Shown here piece by piece: positions 60,201 to 64,000 of a stretch of 64,000 nucleotides of DNA. The notes beneath the pieces were generated by a model. The model was not told the DNA's origin and ran no database searches. It was given only the letters and a program-made list of their open reading frames with translations. The position numbers and the translations under genes are program-made. How positions within the stretch are numbered: position 1 is the stretch's first letter; each line of letters opens with the position of its first letter. Location: positions 62,001-126,000 of the forward strand of contig AP026146.1 of the NCBI GenBank assembly GCA_030295235.1, given 5' to 3'. This DNA is from Fistulifera solaris (taxonomy: Eukaryota).

Positions 60201-61575
60201 GGCATCTAGCGAACACGACCTTGATGCGCCTGCAACCTCGTCCGCTCCCTCAGAAAGAGCAACTTCCACGAACGACAACGACGACTCCGATGACGATTCT
60301 GAAGATGACGATGATCTCGCCGCTGAGCTCGAAGATGAAATGATGGATAGGTCTGAAACCAATCAGTTGCTCGCAGCACAGACGCGTGGCAGCGATGATT
60401 CAAGAGACTTAGGACAATTGCGTGCTGCAGCTCAGGATCAAGACTTGACAAAAGATGCCCGGGAGTTAGCAGCATTAAAACGTCAGCGTGAAGAGGAGCG
60501 CGCGGCCGGAGATGGTATGCAAGCTCGGCCTAGCAACGATGCAACGGGAGGAACTCTTGGGATCGGTCGTAAGGTTATTCGTAAGAAAATTACAAAGACC
60601 CACCCGGACGGGAAACAAACCGTCACCTTCAAATTTGTGTTGCACCCCGAGGAGGTTGGAAAAATTATGGCGAAGCTTCAACAAAAGTCGGAGGACGTAA
60701 GAAGGCATCCTAGAGAGTTCAGATATGAGTATGGCGTTGACGAGAAACCTCCAGGCCATGCTATGTTTGAAGATGATGACGATTTTGAATATTCATCCAG
60801 AGGACGTTTGCCTGGCGGTCGTCGTAGTCGCAAGGGACGGAGAGGCGCGTCTGGGCGAGGAACACCCAGATCTCTTCACACGGGTAAATTGAAAAGACGA
60901 TTTCTTTGGAAGAAAGAATGCGGAAAAGAAAACGCGAAGAAGATGAACTTGACGCTTATGTTGCGACGTCCAAACGAAAAGGGACAAACAATCGGAGAGA
61001 ACGTGGATCCATCCGCGATCGAGCCCCTCACGTTATTTATGCCGAGAAACTCGAAGCTATTCGTGCTGCTGTGGAGGCACGACCCTATGCAGGTCCCTTT
61101 CAAAAGCCCGTCAATCGGCGACTCATTCCTACGTATTACGAAGTCATTAGTCATCCCATGGATTTATCTACTATTCGCGATCGTATTGGACGGTAAGTTA
61201 ATGGATTTGTACGTACGCTGCGACATGATGTTGGCACTCATTGTTTGTTGGTGGGTTTATAGTTACGAGTATAAATCAATCGATCGATTTGTGCGCGACT
61301 TCGAACTGATGAAGAATAATGCCATCAAGTTCAATGGAGAGACCAATACGATATCACAGGAAGCCATAGCAATATATGAGTTTGTTAAAGACACAATTGA
61401 TGCGCAACGAAACGAACTAGAAGACCTAGAAGCAGCAGTAGAAGACCAAATGACTTCCAAGCCAAAAAAGAAAAGGAAAAAGAACTCCGCATACAGAGCG
61501 TTCTCTTCACGTGATATTGATATCGATGACTTTGAAGAAGAAGGACTAGATGACTCTGACTCTGACAACTATTAG
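57269..61575 (+). CDS. TAF1: TFIID subunit 1 (TAF1) with a C-terminal bromodomain; several frameshifts; intron 61193-61262
   Basis: LVEYTEERPP...GMAFKIVNYY, LAPWHLT, GDPSGMGEGFSF and DLRKLTM...RWDRVHVIRDLS. Bromodomain PFQKPV...YYEVISHPMDLSTI...NNAIKFNG. Confidence 0.92.
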
Positions 61576-62158
61576 GTAGACGGACTGGTCACTTCCTTTT
61601 CATTGTTCAGTCGGACTTGGCGATGCTTTCCGGTGAAAAGTCGTTCGCTCAATTCGCAATGAGGATCACGGGTTTGAGGGACATGGCGATTTACAATAAT
61701 GCGAATACTAGTGATGGCAGTACTATTCGAATAATTGAACGGTCAATTTTCAGCCCAATTTTGTATCCTAGGCTATGGTGAGCATGAAGCTATTCGTTCT
61801 TCAGTTACTGTAGTCACTTCTTAGATCAACAGCAATAAGCCTTAATCTGTCGAATGTGCGAAACTGATGTGATAAGGATAAGTGTCAAGGACCTTGCAGC
61901 GTCATTTCGTTTCCATGTCGTAGCGGTCACTTCACCGTATACTGAGCATACCCGCTCCGACAAGCTATTTGCGAACCGATCGGCGTCATCCAGGCCGTCA
62001 AGCCGTTGCACGCTTCACAAGGTCCACTTTTTTCTCTTTTTTGACATCTTCGTTCCGTCATTATCTCCGAGAAGCTTTGATTCCAAAAGAGAAACACAGA
62101 AAATTCTCCATCGCTTGCCTTTCACCGACTATTTGATTAGCAAAGATCAAAATTGAAA

Positions 62159-63332
62159 ATGGCCCCAGACGATAAGAAGAAACACCCACTCCAGCACTTG
62201 CTCGCGGGGGGTGCCGCCGGCTTGGTCGAGTCATCGGTTTGTCATCCATTGGACACCATTAAGACGCGGATGCAACTCCGACGACAAAGTGCGACTGTCG
62301 AAAAAGTCGTCGTGAAGATGAGAGATTCCATGATGGAACCTGCGCTTCGTTTGCAGCATTCTCTTCAGGATCCTGTGCTCCGAACGGCCGGTGGTCTCGA
62401 ACCGGGCATCCGAATGAGCGGTCCGACGAAACTGGCGCATGTGACCATGCATCCACACACGGTGCAAGCTCCACTTGGACCTATTGGAACTGCTCGGCGT
62501 ATCGTGGAAAGAGAAGGTTTCTTTGCGCTATATAAGGTAAGAAGACATTATTTTTGTTATTCGCAATCCCATGATCTCCTCTCAATTTGTTCTATAAAAC
62601 AAGGGATTGACAGCTGTATGGACTGGTATTATTCCCAAGATGGCCATTCGGTTTGTGTCGTTTGAGCAGTACCGAGAGTGGATGGGTCCTCCTGCGCAGC
62701 AGTACGGTGTTTCTGCGGGCATGGTAACCTTTACGGCTGGTCTAGCATCTGGTCTCACGGAAGCGATTCTCGTCGTCACTCCCGCGGAAGTATGTAAGAT
62801 AAGGATGCAATCCCAGTTCCACTCGATGATGGACCCTTCACAGCTGCAGAAGCGGAAATACACGAATGTCATCCAGACGGCGTTTCTCATTGTAAAGGAA
62901 GAAGGTTTGGGTGCTCTTTACAAAGGTGTTATCCCAACGATGCTACGACAAGGTTGCAATCAGGCTGTTAACTTCACGGCTTATAACTACATAAAGAGGG
63001 AAGTCATGGCTCGGCAAGGAACTGATAGTCTCGATTCATGGCAGTCCCTGCTCATTGGTGGCTTGTCGGGCGGCATGGGCCCCTTGGTGAATAACCCTCT
63101 TGATGTGGTGAAAACACGATTACAGAAGCAAGTGATCACTCCAGGAAAAACGCCTAAATATACAGGACTTGGCCAAGCTTGTTTGAAAATTGGACGAGAG
63201 GAAGGAGTTCTCGCACTCTGGAAGGGTATTACACCGCGTCTTTTGAGAATCATGCCAGGGCAGGCGATCACATTCATGACATACGAGGCTGTGTCTGCCC
63301 AGATGACAAAAATGGGTTGGTTCAATGTTTAG
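62159..63332 (+). CDS. Mitochondrial carrier (SLC25), succinate/fumarate carrier SFC1-like; intron 62537-62603
   Basis: Three PX[D/E]XX[K/R]XR motifs (PLDTIKTR, PAEVCKIR, PLDVVKTR). Contact motifs IPKMAIRF, RQGCNQAVNF and PRLLRIMPGQA. Confidence 0.9.
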
Positions 63333-63725
63333 AGAGACGGGATGTTTGTGGCTGCTTGCTTATCGATTCAGTCAATAGTTAGACTTAACTTCTTCACAGT
63401 TAGATCGTGTAATATGCGAGATAGTTAGCCGGTAATCTTACTCTGTACTGTAACGTCTTAGTTTTAGTCCTTGTACGACACTTTTGTCAACCGAGTATAA
63501 GTTTTGAATCTATATCGTATTACCTGTAAGACAAGTAGTTCCATTCGGCTCACTATACTAAAACCAGTGCAATCGCCTGTATGTCGTTCGCATCTCTCCC
63601 TCGCTTGAACGATACCAGTGTGCGTCGCATACAGCGCAACACTAACGCGACAACAAAAGTCGTTATATGTTCTCAATTATTTGTTGATATAGAAAGCCTT
63701 TTGTTTGAAATCCAAGTCATTTATC

Positions 63726-64000
63726 ATGTCAAGTCGATCCCTTGTTGCTACAGCCTTCCGACGCTCCGGTGTAACGCGCCGTCCGTTTCATGTGACTGCG
63801 CTTCGGCAAGGCGGCGGTCACTCGCCTCCTCTGGCGCCTTTTGCGCGTGTTACACCGCAGTCCGAGTCGGTACGTTCAAAGATCTCTCTACCTACATCTT
63901 CTTTTCAATCTGTTTTTAAAAATCCCTTTTTCCCCGCAGATGACGGAAAACTTGGATGCTGTTTGGAACGACGGAGTCGCCCCGGAATTAGCACTCGACT
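63726..64000 (+). CDS. Probable mitochondrial complex I subunit NDUFB8 (plant-type), 5' part, truncated by the window end; intron 63870-63939
   Basis: Spliced product MSSRSLVATAFRRSGVTRRPFHVTALRQGGGHSPPLAPFARVTPQSES|MTENLDAVWNDGVAPELALD. It has an Arg-rich transit peptide and a W[ND]DG..PE..[IL]D motif that I recall from plant-type NDUFB8. Confidence 0.65.
   Translation, partial: MSSRSLVATAFRRSGVTRRPFHVTALRQGGGHSPPLAPFARVTPQSESVRSKISLPTSSFQSVFKNPFFPADDGKLGCCLERRSRPGISTR

Noticed and set aside
154..63919. Numerous short or antisense ORFs in the supplied ORF track, many starting at GTG/TTG
   Set aside because: They overlap well-supported genes on the other strand or frame, or lie in intergenic DNA without recognisable motifs.

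Overview
This is eukaryotic nuclear DNA, most likely from a pennate diatom. The evidence is a gene-dense layout, short GT-AG introns (about 65-210 nt), two proteins with bipartite plastid-targeting presequences, a nucleus-encoded sigma-70 factor and a bZIP-PAS factor. Recognisable genes are an ABC1/ADCK kinase, a fungal-type GPAT, a ZIP metal transporter, a sulfotransferase-like protein, RPS28, a RusA-like resolvase, GINS Psf2, a TAZ-finger protein, plastid sigma-70, transketolase, a Yip1-family protein, TrpRS with an AlaX-like N-domain, bZIP-PAS, TAF1, an SFC1-like mitochondrial carrier and the start of a probable NDUFB8. There are also two very large low-complexity proteins, several small related orphan ORFs and a 5'-truncated CRE-like non-LTR retroelement. 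Many genes, including essential ones, are broken by small indels in homopolymer runs, so the sequence is probably an unpolished long-read assembly. Main leads: (1) a plastid-targeted RusA-type Holliday-junction resolvase; (2) seven TGACGT (aureochrome/bZIP-type) sites clustered upstream of the plastid sigma factor; (3) a gene-free AT-rich island of about 2.6 kb with an internal repeat that looks like a diatom centromere; (4) a membrane protein carrying tandem Atg8-interacting-like motifs and an unrecognised 'EAFxxSHG' repeat; (5) a candidate structured RNA of about 240 nt downstream of PSF2. All calls were made by eye, without database searches.
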